Below, piece after piece: positions 48,860-61,211 of a DNA stretch of 64,000 nucleotides; the first letter of the stretch is position 1, and each line of letters opens with the position of its first letter. Position numbers and translations under genes: made by a program. The notes under the pieces were generated by a model, which was not told the DNA's origin, did not search any database, and saw nothing but the letters and a program-made list of their open reading frames with translations. Source of the stretch: Ramazzottius varieornatus (Eukaryota; Animalia; Tardigrada). The stretch spans positions 8,626,721-8,690,720 of the forward strand of contig BDGG01000001.1 of the NCBI GenBank assembly GCA_001949185.1, given 5' to 3'.

Positions 48860-48962
48860 TTCAGCAACATTGTTTTCACCAAGTGGCGCATCTTTACGGT
48901 ATTACGGGTTGGAAGCGTGCGCCAGTTTGTAAACGATGTTATCGAGTTTGCTTGGTCCGAGT
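48860..48962. repeat. Palindromic element in a SKI2 intron
   Basis: CCAAGTGGCGCA-N27-TGCGCCAGTT. Confidence 0.85.
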
Positions 48963-50384
48963 CTCCATTCCCAAATATGAACGTATCCCAGAATGATGAC
49001 GTTTCCGGTCTTGTCCAGTCCTCGACGACCAGCTCGACCGGACATCTGAATATACTCCCTGGGTCTCAAGTCGCGAAACTCCAGCCCGTCATGTTTGTTT
49101 ATGCTGTCAAAGACGACCGTTCTTGCTAGCATATTCACCCCCATCGCAAACCTCTCTGTCGCGAAAAATATCTGCAAAACCATGCACGTTTTTTTTAACC
49201 GATGAACGACGAAAACCCCTTTCAAGCCAAAAAATGAATGCTGGGAAATACCTTCACAACAACTTCCTGAAACAACATCTCGGCCGCTTGTTTCAGAATG
49301 GGCAGAATGCCACTGTGATGAATACCAACTCCACGCTCCAAGTAATATTCCAGCCGTTTGATCTGCGGCAGATCGCGATCGCTTTCGTTCAGCCTGGACA
49401 CCACTCTCCAGAAGAATGAGTTGATCAAATGCCTAAGGTGGACCACTTTGTCAGCCCAGGAAAAGTTTCAATCAGATGAGCCAAATAGTTCTACTGTAAA
49501 GTCGTCGAAGTCGGTAAAACCAAAGGAGGACCCCCCTTAGCTTCCGATTCAAACTCGTCAAAAGATCCATGCTTACTTCTCTTTCTGGGTGGTCAGGTCC
49601 AGCGATGAGACCATGTCACCCAGTTCGTTACAGCGGTTTCTTGAGAAGACAAAGGCGATGACAGGCATCAGTTCTTTCTGTTGGACATAGTCCATGAAGG
49701 CCAGCCAGACAGTCTTGTCCTGCTTGGGCGGAAGTCGAGCGTTGTTCGACATGTTTCGTAAGTTGTTCTTTTTCTCAAAGTTTTTCTGGATGGCTACCGC
49801 GCCGGCGTGGTTGGTTGGTTGGTTGGTTGAAGTTCGTCCTTCGTGTTCACTATAAATAACAACCAAAATTACTTCAAAGAATCCCAAGTGAAACTGGTGA
49901 GTTCGAGCTTCGAGAAATATCGCAGTTCTTACCGATGACCAAATCCTTGTCGATCGTTTTGCTTCCCACGCAAACGTACAGATAATGGTCCCGAGGAACA
50001 GGTCGCTTCGGTGCACTCGCCTGTGAGGAGACCCACGTCTTCGAAATTCTGTTTGAAGTCACGGTACTACTCGTACTTCTGGTTGGACAATGCCTTGATA
50101 GGCGGAGTGTGGACACAGTGGGACTTGGCTCGGAGAGGAAGCGCGCTGGCGTACTCGACCACCACGGTCTTGCCGGCGGAAGTGTGCGCCGCGACGAAGA
50201 CGCTTTGGTGCTAGAGAAAAAACGACAAGAGTAAGGTCCCGAGAATAAATGTCCAAAGAACGAAATGTTTGACAAATAAAGTAAAGGTTCAAATGCGAAC
50301 TCCGGAAACGAATTCGACTGATCGTTTCAACAGGTTGCGCAATATTCCAGTTAATAACACTGGTAATGTGGGCTAATTGGGAAA

Positions 50385-50496
50385 CCAATCAAACTTGGCC
50401 AGATTGTTTTATCAAGTGGCGCATACTTCCGGCCATCACATTGTGGACGCGCGCCACTCGGAAAGCCAATCCTGTCGAGTTTGTTTGCCAAGCTTC
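50385..50496. repeat. Palindromic element in a SKI2 intron (reverse loop orientation)
   Basis: CAAGTGGCGCA-N26-CGCGCCACTCG...TGTCGAGTTTGTTTGCCAAGCTT. Confidence 0.85.
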
Positions 50497-51148
50497 CAAA
50501 TATCACTTACGTTTTCGAGATGAAGAGCGGCTCGTTTCTGGAAAGCGTCCAGCTCGAAGGGATACGTATGAGCCATATTCAGTACCCGGTCCTTGAAGTC
50601 GTGTAACGGTACTGTGATATCCACTTTGAAGGCCCATTCTTTCGAGCTAGGTGCGTCTAAAACGATCTTACAGTAGATTAAAACTGTTTGCGAAGTAACA
50701 AGAGCCGGTTCGACGCTTAACGTTGTGACTGCAGATTTTCAACACATTCTTTCCAACCGCACTACTTTCGAAGAACTGTTCGGGTTTTAGTTCTCTATAG
50801 ATGTCTCCGTAGGCAGATATCTCCAGCAAGCGTAGGTTGTCGGCCCGGATATTTTGCCGTACTGGTTTGGCACTTGATGAGCTTGCGGACAGTCCTCGAA
50901 GCATCTTGACAAGACCCATTTCTCTTTCGTCCACTATATCGGCGATACCGTTCACCGTTCCTTCGAATGAGATTTCGGTTACCTGGCCAAGCTTCGGGGT
51001 CATTCAATCCGGTAGGCTATCGACTGAGCGATCCAGAAGAGTGAGCATCCATCTCGAATCCGCTCGTATCAACCTGTCAACTGCTTCATCTTCAATTCTT
51101 ATTTAAAGTAATATTCCAATCGTCTGGCACGAGTCAGCATGGGTTTAT

Positions 51149-51320
51149 GAGCTCGGCAAATAAATAAGACAGGATTATTTGCCAAGTGGCGCACGTAATC
51201 AGTGTTATCGGTTGAAAACGTGCATCGCTTGGTAAAACAATCTTGTCGAGTTTGACTGTTTCTCCATGTGGCGCACAATGTCAGTGTTATTGGCTGGAGC
51301 GTGCGCGACTTGGGAAACTC
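51149..51320. repeat. Double palindromic element in SKI2 intron 1
   Basis: GAGCTCGGCAAA start and two cores. Confidence 0.85.
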
Positions 51321-51912
51321 ACATCTCATTTACCTCGCGCCATCCTCCCGAGCCTGTTCGTAAACGGACCTCGATCCAGTACAAGTTCGAAATGCGGCGG
51401 TGCCAGTTTCCATTCGGTCTCCAAAGGTTCCGGATCAGGTTGTAGGGGAGAAAAATGTTGTAGGTCCGGCAGGGTGAGCAAGTCTTTCAGTAGGACTTCC
51501 GGTTGAATTTCCAGCTCGGCTCTGGCCAAGGCCACTCGACGTCCATCCAGCGAAGCTTTTCCATGGTGCAAGTAATCGAGCAGCACGTGGTTGGGTACCT
51601 TAACTTCTCGCAAATACGGCATAGGTTGGCCAGCTCCTTCCTTCCACTGCGCATCGGACAGATGACCGAATGTGTTCAGCTCCTTGCTTCCACATAGCAA
51701 ATTTTCCATCATTCCCGCTTGCTCCATTCTCGGTGGATTTCCTTCGTTCCTTCATTCCCTCTCGAGCAAAGATAGAGCGAAACAGCGTTGTTTTCTCCGT
51801 ATAGAAGAGTCGATTCACAAGCCCTTCTTACACTCATGCGAAGATCTGAACTCAGTAGTCTGTAGCCATCCGAACTGTCCAGTGTCCACTCTTATATAAA
51901 CCCGATGTGGAC

Positions 51913-51944
51913 TGACATGACATGACATGACATGACGTGACATG
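51913..51944. repeat. (TGACA)n microsatellite
   Basis: Direct reading of the sequence. Confidence 0.85.
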
Positions 51945-52921
51945 TCTTTGTGACGTTCCGGTAACGGCGTGCGACTTCACCCAGCCGTAGAGGTGGGTCA
52001 GACAGCAACCGTCCAATGAGCGAAGAAATTTGGCTTGACCAGTCCACATCCACCCTGTGCCTGCGTAAGATCTTCACGCTGCATCGTTTCACCCTTGGTC
52101 ACTGTGTCAGTCTCGATTGCTCCGTCCGAGCACCTGAGCAGCCTTCCTCTTGTGCGTGCTCCTTGTGTCGAACAATTGGTTGCTCTCGTGAAATCACGAA
52201 GGCAACCTGCATCACGAAAATTTTCATGAAAGCTAAGTCTTTTTGACTTTAAAGGTCCTAGCCGTCTCTTCTCGTTACAATATTGTTCAATCATTCTATC
52301 CAGCAGTTCTCAAAGCGAAGTCGGGTAAAAAAACACGAGCTCCAAGTTGTCAAATCTGCTTCCACAAAATCTGCTGAGCTATCCGAATATCGCACCTATA
52401 CGGGAGCGAACATCAGAAAAAAATCAGAGAAACACCGGGTAGAATTCTAAGGAGTCTGCACTGTACTCTCAATTTCTGGTAATGCAGCTGCAAGGGTTTT
52501 TTATCACTGTTTTGCAGTGCAGCATTAGGCAACTAACGAGTTGGCATGTAATTGTGATCTTCGTTCCTCTCTTGCGGACAAGTCGGCTCATCTAGATCTC
52601 TTTGTGGTATGGCCAGACTGAACTACATCTAATCAAGCGAGAGAGCGCGCCGACTGACAAGTCACCATCCACATGCCTTGCATCCCAGGTTACTCTCTCC
52701 GAAAGATAGAGAGGCGGCTTCCGGGTTGACCCAATCAACTTCATGATTTATATCTCGAAAACTACAAAATCTATCAATTGTAAGTCAATTTCGCCGGCCT
52801 AGCTAGCCTGGTAGAGCCGGACAGAGAGATATCTCTCAATAACGGTCTGGGGAATATGATAAAATGTGACATACTCGGATGAAAGTTATACATGCAGGTG
52901 CAGGAAACAACAAAACGGAAT

Positions 52922-53135
52922 TACTGTATTCCCTCGAAAGTTCTGCGAATCACGTGACTGTCATGGTAGACACGGTATCATCCGGCGGGGAACAGAAAGT
53001 ATCTATACCTTCAATCAAAGACTGCTCCCCTGTCAAGTAAATGATAGGCGACAATCAAACAATCAGGGATACCAGTGCGGGTGTAATTTACTGGCATGAT
53101 AACGCAATTCGCACAACTATCGAGGGAATACAGTA
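52922..53135. mobile_element. MITE family B, full copy
   Basis: 29-bp IR TACTGTATTCCCTCGA(A/T)AGTT(C/G)TGCGAAT. Confidence 0.9.
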
Positions 53136-53399
53136 ATATTAGGGGAAAAATCATCAAAATGAATTTTTCCATTCGATACACGATATTAGACGCGGCACCC
53201 TAGCGCCGGGCGCCAGTGCAGGTCTGCCGTTAGATTTCTGACTTGAATAGCACAGAATCACATGATTCCATGCTATGTCAAATTCTATGCACAAATCGTT
53301 TCGCTCGTCCGCATAAAAACATAGCATAACGAACCGGAAATGCGCGAGTTCTGCGGGGTAGATTTCCCGCTTTCAGTCGGAAACGTGGCTACGCATCAA

Positions 53400-53870
53400 A
53401 ATTTTTCTTCCGTTCCACTCTTGAGATCTTCCGCATTTGTTCTCTCCCTCGATGGTTGTTCGGCTACGGCTCGACGAAGTAAGCTCAAGAGACTCTTGGC
53501 TATCGGTTTAGCGGTTGAATTTCTGAAGTTCCGACTGAAGGCTCGTCTTAAAAGAAATTTAACTTCCGCTCCTCTTCGCTACCACACGGGATGGGCTCGT
53601 TCATCAAGGAATCTTGGTCGCCCAACATCTTATCTAGCTTCAGCTGAGAGCTTCGTGCTTGAGCCGTAATCATCACCTTCGAATCTCAGTGCCTTTTGGT
53701 ATCTCGTTCTACACCTTGAGCCGCGCAGAGTTACTCGCGAACTGGTAAGGGTTGTCAGCTGCAACCTGACGCAACAGGGTAATTAGATGGCGCGGGCTGT
53801 AGGTGAGCCTTTCCTTCTTGCTCCGTTGGGACTTCTCAGGCTCCTCCTGGCTTCCCCCATCTTCTGACAT
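53400..53870 (-). pseudogene. Myb/SANT-like DNA-binding protein relic (Harbinger ORF2-type)
   Basis: RLTYSPRHLITLLRQVAADNPYQF...KV*NEI, with a stop at the expected Trp. Confidence 0.4.
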
Positions 53871-54230
53871 TTCCGACGACAGTAGATATCAACAATATCA
53901 AGCAGCCCAAAGGAATCGTAGTGAAAAACATCACCGGAAACACTGCAAGTCGGAAAATAAACTTTCGAAAATTGAAATCTGGAATTTCAAACTTAACAGG
54001 TTAATCGGGCAATCAACTCAGCTTGTACAGAATTCGAAATTCTGTGCACCGATATTAGGGAAAACATAAGCCGTGGATATCTGCACAGCATAAGTTTTAT
54101 GCATATGCTGGGATGGCCTTATGTTTGACGTGCGAAAAGCATCTATTCACTTGTCAGTCCATCTCCATCGCCAAGTACGTGTCCATCATTGATATTTCTT
54201 CCTACTTACTGGTTCACGGAACCGAGAAAG

Positions 54231-55118
54231 ATGGGATCACATGCGGAAGATCTGGAGAAGGTTGTAGCAAAACTGCAGTCATCTGGATCGCAGCTGCGTC
54301 TTGGATGCAAGAAATGTGGCTTCCGTAAGCGCACTTCTTCGTCCAGCTAGTTTTCACGTTCCACACCTTCAGCCTCCACTACGTATCTCTTTGCTGCTTT
54401 AGCCGGACACTTGACGTTTCAATGCAGAAACTTCGTCAGGAAAAGCGGACAGAACGTCGGTCTGGTCGAAGTTAGCAGCACCACTTCCGTCAGTTCCGAT
54501 GAGGAATTCGTCTCGCCGTTGAAGAAACTCGCTCAGGGTAATGCGCTTGTCACTTATTCTTCAACGACCTTGTTTTCAACAGTATTCTGCGTTTCCAGAA
54601 GAGGCCAAGAATGAAGAAGTACAGAAAAAGAAAATGACTCTCAAAAGGTAATCAAGTTTTGTGATGGATGATCTGGGCACAGAAACTCGACAAGATTGTC
54701 TGCGCAAGTGGCGCACAAAGTTAGTGTTTTTAGCCGGAAGCCTGCGCCACTTGAGAAAACAAGCTTGCCGAGTCGTTTACTGAGTTCTTATAAGTCGTAA
54801 ATCAGACTTTATCGCTGTAATGAATTCATCAGGAAAAAGCGCAATCGTTCTCGGTGCTCACGATCCAGTTCCTCTGATTCCGACTCTACTCCTTCCCGAA
54901 GACGTAAGCACAAGAAACTAAAAAAGAAGTCCAGATCCAAGCATAAGAAACGCGAAAGATCCGATAGCGAACCGAAACGAAGTTCGCCCTTTGACAAGGA
55001 AGACCGATGGGCAGAAGAACGGAGGCAATCTGATACCCATGACAAATCATCTAGGCCGACAGAGAGACGTTCACCAAGAGAGTCTCACAGATCCGAGCAG
55101 CACAGCTCAAGACGCTGA
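54231..55118 (+). CDS. SREK1IP1: SREK1-interacting protein 1 (zinc knuckle, K/R/S-rich); exons 54231-54324, 54403-54537, 54599-54647, 54833-55118
   Basis: Spliced GCKKCGFPGHLTFQCRNF...EVSSTTS with GT-AG introns in consistent phase. Confidence 0.9.
54670..54788. repeat. Palindromic element in SREK1IP1 intron 3
   Basis: AAACTCGACAAGATTGT..CAAGTGGCGCA-N27-TGCGCCACTTG. Confidence 0.88.
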
Positions 55119-55250
55119 AAATATCTCCAACGGCGGCTTTGCAAATTTTCCTTTCTGCGAATTCCCATCTAATTTATTTTCTTCTTAAAGTTTACAATTC
55201 CGAACTGTGATATTAGGTTTTTGCTTTTCTCGATGATGAAAGCATTATTT

Positions 55251-58200
55251 CTAAAGTGAATTATCTGGTGGGCCGTAAAAGGCATCTGTAGTTTCGAAAC
55301 CGAAGACTTCTTCTATGACATCTTTGACAGTAAACTCTTTCGGTAGCGTTGTGCCAGGTCTAAAAAAGTCTCTTTCTGCACCGACACCTTCCCAGTCAGC
55401 TAGGGGTGGTCGGAGGTTCGTCAGAACACTTAGTGTGTTGACCGCTTCTTCCTCCGACATGCTTTCTCCGATACCTTTCAGTATCTGAACGAGCTGGGGC
55501 GGCTTGATGCACGTCCGCAGCTCTTCGAACCCGAACTTGGCGAAGGCTTTGATCAAGTCGGGATACTGGATGCCCCAAATCGGCCGGTGGTTGACGAATG
55601 CTGTGCGAGAAGAAAACGTAAGTTGGGACCAGCAAACCCAAAAACACGGTTTTTCCAACTCGCGCACTGTTCCAGCCAATTACACTGTAAGCATGCGCCA
55701 CTTGCGAAAACCATCAAATCCAACAAGATCGAAATTTTCAAGTGGCGCATGCTTTCGGGCAATAACATTGTAAACCTGCGCCATTTGAGAAAAGTGTTTT
55801 GTCGAGCTTGTTTTCGGAGTTGACACTTGCTTTTTAGAGCGGTGGGGACGTCGACTTGGTCCACCAAAAGGCCCGTTTCGGCGTACTGGCTGTACTTGAT
55901 CTCCTGCATGATGTTCTTTTTTTCCTGCTCGGAAGGGTAGTAGCTGAGCGCGCAGAACAAGTTAGGCAGTTCCTGCAGCGGTAAAACGTCCTGAACCACT
56001 CTGGCTTCCCTCGTTTCCAGTCCTTGCCTACCCCATCGACATGAAAATGAACCCCATAGAAATTCCACAATTCGTACAGCAGACACAAGAAGGAACACAA
56101 AGCTTGCATTTTGAGTTGCAGGTACACGAAATACTGCTCGAGTCGCTTGTACAGTTCACCATCCATGCCACCTTCCAGCAAATCGAAGAAAGGTATCAGG
56201 CTATCCTTTGAAGCTTCCAGCGATGCATCCAGGATCCTAAAAGGAAATACCATGAGATCATCCTCAATTCGGTGAGCTTGCACAGTGGACATGAGTAACT
56301 GACTTACTCTGGGTGAAGAGACCACATGTTGACGATGGCTTCCGGTCCGCCAGCCGTAAAGACGAACCTTCCGCTCGGACTAGGCTTCATACAGGTAATC
56401 TAAACAACAAACAGACGTATTTCTTCCTTTAATATTTTCGTCGTCCATCAACCTAAGACTTACACCCAGAGGATGAACTCTGCGCGAGCAATAGCGATAA
56501 GGATTGCCGTCCAGCGGAAGAGCCATCAGACCAACACAGTCGGCGTTCCTCCACAGCAAGTAACGGCTGCTGTTACCTTCCCTCAAAGGCAACGCCGTCA
56601 TTCTACAACAGGAAATCTTCCTCTTTAAATTTAGAAAACCCGTTAGAGGGAGGGTTAAAAGACCTCTGCCTACCCCATGACCGGCGAACCTTGCAGTGGT
56701 CCATTGACGGTCTTCCGACACAGCTTCGTCGTCACATTCCATAACCTCAGCTTATACTGCAAAAGACACAGCTTTTGAAATTAACCCTTTTACTGGGATA
56801 TATAAGTAGTTCACTTTGTTGTTGGAAGTGATAAGGAAGCTTTCTTTGCTGATGGGTGGGTAGAGGGCGAAAGCAAAGGGTTGGTCCTCCGAGTCGATCA
56901 TCTCGCGATATTGAATCAGTAGGTCGCCGTCCGCAGACTGGTCCAGGTCGTACTCAACCTCACAACGAGAAATATAGACTGTGGTCTAACGGTTGGGAGG
57001 GAACACAATGAATAGGCTTACGAGGCAACCGTCGAGGCCCAGAGTGAAGAGCCGGTCCTTCTCGACGCCGACCTCGCGCACAAAGGCCAGATTGAGGACA
57101 GCACCGGTGTGGGACTGATGACAGCCGACATAAACCCAGGTTTTATTCCAGTCTTGAGTGTTGTTGCGGTACAAGCATATAACTCCTTCTCCATCCTAAC
57201 CAAACACGTTAACCAATTGACATCAAATCCTACTTCCACCAACTGAGCTCGGCAAGACTGGTTTTCAAAGTGGCGCACAGCTTCAGTGTTAATGGCCGAA
57301 AGCATGCGCCACTCGATAAGAAGGATCTTCTCTTCCCAAGTGACGCGCCCTTTCGGTGTTGTCAGCTGTTTCCTTATGGGGCTTTAAATACTAGCACTAG
57401 ATCATCATGGTCACTGTCCAAGTTGAAGCAACGTACCGCAGTGGCCAGTTTGGTGCCGTCGTCGGCAAACTCGATGAAGAGTATCTTAGCGAAGGAATCG
57501 GCAAAGTGGCCGTTGGGTTCGTCGGACAGATCCACCGCTTTCAGCAAACGCAGTGCGCCGGTGGCGAATCCGCAGGCTGCAAGCATACATCGACAAAGTC
57601 AGCACAGTACTGAGGATAGAAGGCAGCCAGTAGGAGGAAACGAGGGCCGTACCCACATAGATTCCTGTCGGGTCAAAGGCCAACGAGGTGATGTCTTTCG
57701 ACAACAAGTCCTCCTTACTATCCAGCGGGAAGCGTCGTTGGACGAGGATGGACTTGTGCTTGTAGTCCCACATGCGGAGAAGACCGTCTGAGGAGCCGAT
57801 AAGAAGACGGTAGGCGTTGGGATGGACAGCGCAAGCGATGACAGCATCAGGCGGCTCTTCCCTGACCAGCTTAGTCTCGTAGACATCGTCACCGGTCGTC
57901 CGTACCTTGACGATGTGCCCGCTGGATGTACCGATCAAGAACTCCGACAGGAAAAGAGCTTTATTGGCAAAATTAATCGCCCTGAAACCATACAAAATAA
58001 GCCATATGAGAAAAACATAAGCTAACTAATATCAATGAGACAAACAACAATGATCAGGAAAAAGAATTACTGTATGATGAATGCGTACCAACATTGAACA
58101 GTAAAATGGTGATTATCTCCTGACAATTACGATATTAGATAATATGATGAGAATGATGAGTGGAACAGGCCCGAAGGGACAGAGAGTGTCAAGGTTGTTT

Positions 58201-60798
58201 GCGCCATCTTGATGGAGTCTGTTTGGCTATGTGAGATTTTGGCCCTCTTTGATCAGTGCTTTACTTGCCTACTGCGGCTTCTGGCTCAGAAGTTTCGGTC
58301 TCATACTGTACATTCCTTGATAGATATATCTCTCTTTGCAATATACTCTTGAGCACCATGTGATGAACGTAAAGTATTTTTGTGTAAGACCGGCCCTCAG
58401 CCCAGATGCGCGTTTTCCAAGAAGATAGTGCGATCGTTATGAAACAACGCACATGATTGTCTTACAGTTCTTTGTGAGCGCGGATACGTGAGAAGGATAT
58501 ATTGTTGATACTGCCAAATCCAATGTTGGAACACCTGAGAAGAAGGTCAACAGGCAATCTTGGTCATTATGGCTTTTTGAGTAGGAAGGAGGGAGGAAGT
58601 GGTTCTTACGTGTAGAGAAGGAGGAAGTTGCAGTCGTAGAAGTTGACGTTGCCCAGTGAGTCGCCGACGACGATCATCCTGTCAAGAGACCACTAACGTA
58701 AACAGAAGGAAATGTCGATTAAAGACCATCCCTCATAAAGTATGACTGACGTACCCATTGAGGCTGGTCAGTGCAGTGACAGAGCCCTTGTCGACCACTT
58801 TGTAGACCTTGACGATCTCGGCGTATTTCTCAAAGGCAAGGACCTTTTTGTGCGAGGTTCGCTTCTGGAAGAGTGCGATGGTCCCGTTCATCGTCCCGAT
58901 GACAAAATACGTCGAAACGTCGACGAAGACCGCCCGGGTCAGTTTTCCCAGAACCATCGAGTTGGGCACCTTCATATAACAACTGAGGGCAATGAAGTAT
59001 AAGGTCAATATATTCAAGCTGCCGAAAAAGTTCGGCCATATGTTTTTCTTGTACTTTTTGAATATTCGGGATGCATATTCGGACTTGTCCCGCACTCTGC
59101 GTCATATTCTACAAAGAACACATTTGTTCCAGCCGAGGACAGTCGGGTGCTCGTGACTATTTTGTTCAGTTGATCAAGTAAAGTTACCCATTTGTAAAGA
59201 ACCACACCGCTTTGACTGCAGCTCATCAGGATACTTTGGTCCAGCGGACTGAAACTAAGCTGCGAATGCATATCTTCCTGCTGGGACAATTGGTAGTACA
59301 CCAAAGGCACATCTTGTCCGTCATTCTTCCCTTTCTTGTCCACCAGCCACTCGAATATCGTCAAGACCTGTACGGCCCAAAAAAAATGTTTCACCATACC
59401 ATAACACTGAGGCTCGGCAACGAAGCTCGACGAGATCGTTTTCCCAAGTGGCGCACGCCTCCAGCCAATAACAAGGAGAACGTGCGCCACTTGGAAAATA
59501 ATCTCGTCGAGCTTTCCAAAGTGACGCACGCTTCCCACCACTACACACTAAAAGATGCGCCACTTGAGGAGCAATTTTGCCGAGCTCCCAAATAATGTAC
59601 TACAGTATATGGCAGTCAGAAGAACGAACCTGACGGGGACCGGAAGAAAGCATTGCCAAAAAGCGCATATCCGGCGAGAAGCAGATGGACGTCAAGCCGT
59701 AAGCCTCTTTGCCGTTGGGCTGTGAGTACATTCGTAATGGCAGTCTGCTCTACAAAGAAAAGCGCTGATAATTTTACCACACTGCCAATCGGAAGTCCGA
59801 ACAGATCGGCAGAACTTACGCATCTTTCTGGTCCCACACAATAGCCGAATAGTCCGAGCCGGTATCACCAGCTGCCATCCATCGCCCGTTCTTCGTCGTG
59901 GCTATGCACGTTATTTGTCTGCTCTAACAGAAACAAGTCCAGTCCGGAAAAACAATCTAGCAATAATAACGGGAAATGAACAAGAAAGGAAGATTACGCA
60001 CCAGTCCTTCGAGGAGAATCTGTGCGGCTTCCTGTTTACTATCCGTCTCATCGTATGAGTACAAGACAGCCGTTTGACCAGCGGAGTAAAAGATTGAGCT
60101 GTGACGGGCGCTGGTCAAGTTAATAAAGGGAACATGGCGGTTAATCCCGAAGGTCCACTCCAGTTTCTGCAAAAAGAAATTAGATAATGTGGAAAACCTC
60201 TTTTTTCAAACTGGGCTCTCGTCAATCTAACTGGATAATATCGTTTTCCCAATGGCGCACGTTTTCACGTTCATCAGCTGAACGAGTGCGCTTCTTGAAA
60301 AACATGATATTTTCCAGTTCGTCCGGCCGAGTGGCGCACATTTCCATTGTTATTGCCTCGAAGCGTGCGCCACTTGGAAAAAATGACCTCGTCGAGTTTG
60401 TTTGTTTGGTCCACCGGTTCGTTCAAAAGTTTGAAAGTAACATTGACCAGAAGTTGACGTACTAGAGGTAAAAGTGTCGGTTGGCTCGTTTTGAATTCCT
60501 TCAAAATAGCCTTCTCTTTGGCATCATTCACACCAGCCTTCTTCTCCGCAAAGACAGTCTTGATCTTCTCTTCATCAACAGGGTTGATCGGAGCGGAAGT
60601 AGGAGGAAAAGTCTCCATAGACTTCAGGAGGATCAAGTAAGGGTCGCGGTGCATTTCCGCATAGGCTGTGGAAACTTCGTCCGCTTGTTCACACTGCACA
60701 CCAAAGTTCTTCCTGACATCGCAGCCTGGCGTGGGAGATTGCACGGGAGAGTTCTCATTCCCGGCCTGCTTTTGCCGAAGCTTCCTCCCCAAAACCAT
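55251..60798 (-). CDS. CFAP251: Cilia- and flagella-associated protein 251 (WD40 plus EF-hand-like tail), multi-exon
   Basis: LEWTFGINRHVP, ITCIATTKNGRWMAAG..AIVWD, LLRMWDYK, LPLDGNPY, FFDLLEGGMDGELY, ELPNLFCALSYYPSEQE..EIKY and FVNHRP. Not every exon junction was checked. Confidence 0.9.
55625..55822. repeat. Double palindromic element in the last CFAP251 intron
   Basis: Two cores inside the GC-AG intron 55601-55830. Confidence 0.85.
57245..57370. repeat. Palindromic element plus a truncated second copy
   Basis: GAGCTCGGCAAG..AAGTGGCGCA-N27-TGCGCCACTCG, then CCCAAGTGACGCG. Confidence 0.82.
59411..59587. repeat. Double palindromic element with shared outer arms
   Basis: GGCTCGGCAA...[core][core]...TTGCCGAGCTC. 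Confidence 0.9.
60215..60410. repeat. Double palindromic element in CFAP251 intron 1
   Basis: Two cores; the second has an N27 spacer. Confidence 0.85.
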
Positions 60799-61211
60799 TC
60801 CACAGAAATTTCAAGAAGGTAATCGTGAAGAATATTGGCCTCGAAAACTGATAAAAAAAAGCTAAAAGCTATTTTTCGCGTTATTTTTCCATTCAATTCT
60901 CCTGAATCTCTTAGTGACAGACCGACGAAAAAGCAACTGTTTTACCTGATTCCCCTGTCGACCGACTCAACCAAATAGAAAAGCCGCTTCTGACAAGTCA
61001 AAAGAGCAACAAGAAAGGAAGAGGAAGGAACAATGAAAGTATCACGGAAAATCTGTTCAACAAAGCAACAGTAAAAAAGGCGTGTGAGATCCGGGAAATT
61101 GTTACTTTGTAAAATGCTAAACTCTATGGTAAGTGTGATTGTACGTGCGTGAAAAGTAAGGCTTGCATGGGCTGGTCATACCGACTCATACTGTGCTGCA
61201 TAGACTGTACC

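Larger units (their letters stand above)
46613..51727 (-). pseudogene. SKI2: SKI2/SKIV2L RNA helicase, unprocessed pseudogene
   Basis: [58 protein letters not shown] and DSHCT EGIIIR...RDIAF. In-frame stops near 50070 and 47480-47520; the DEVH/SAT block is deleted. Confidence 0.9.
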
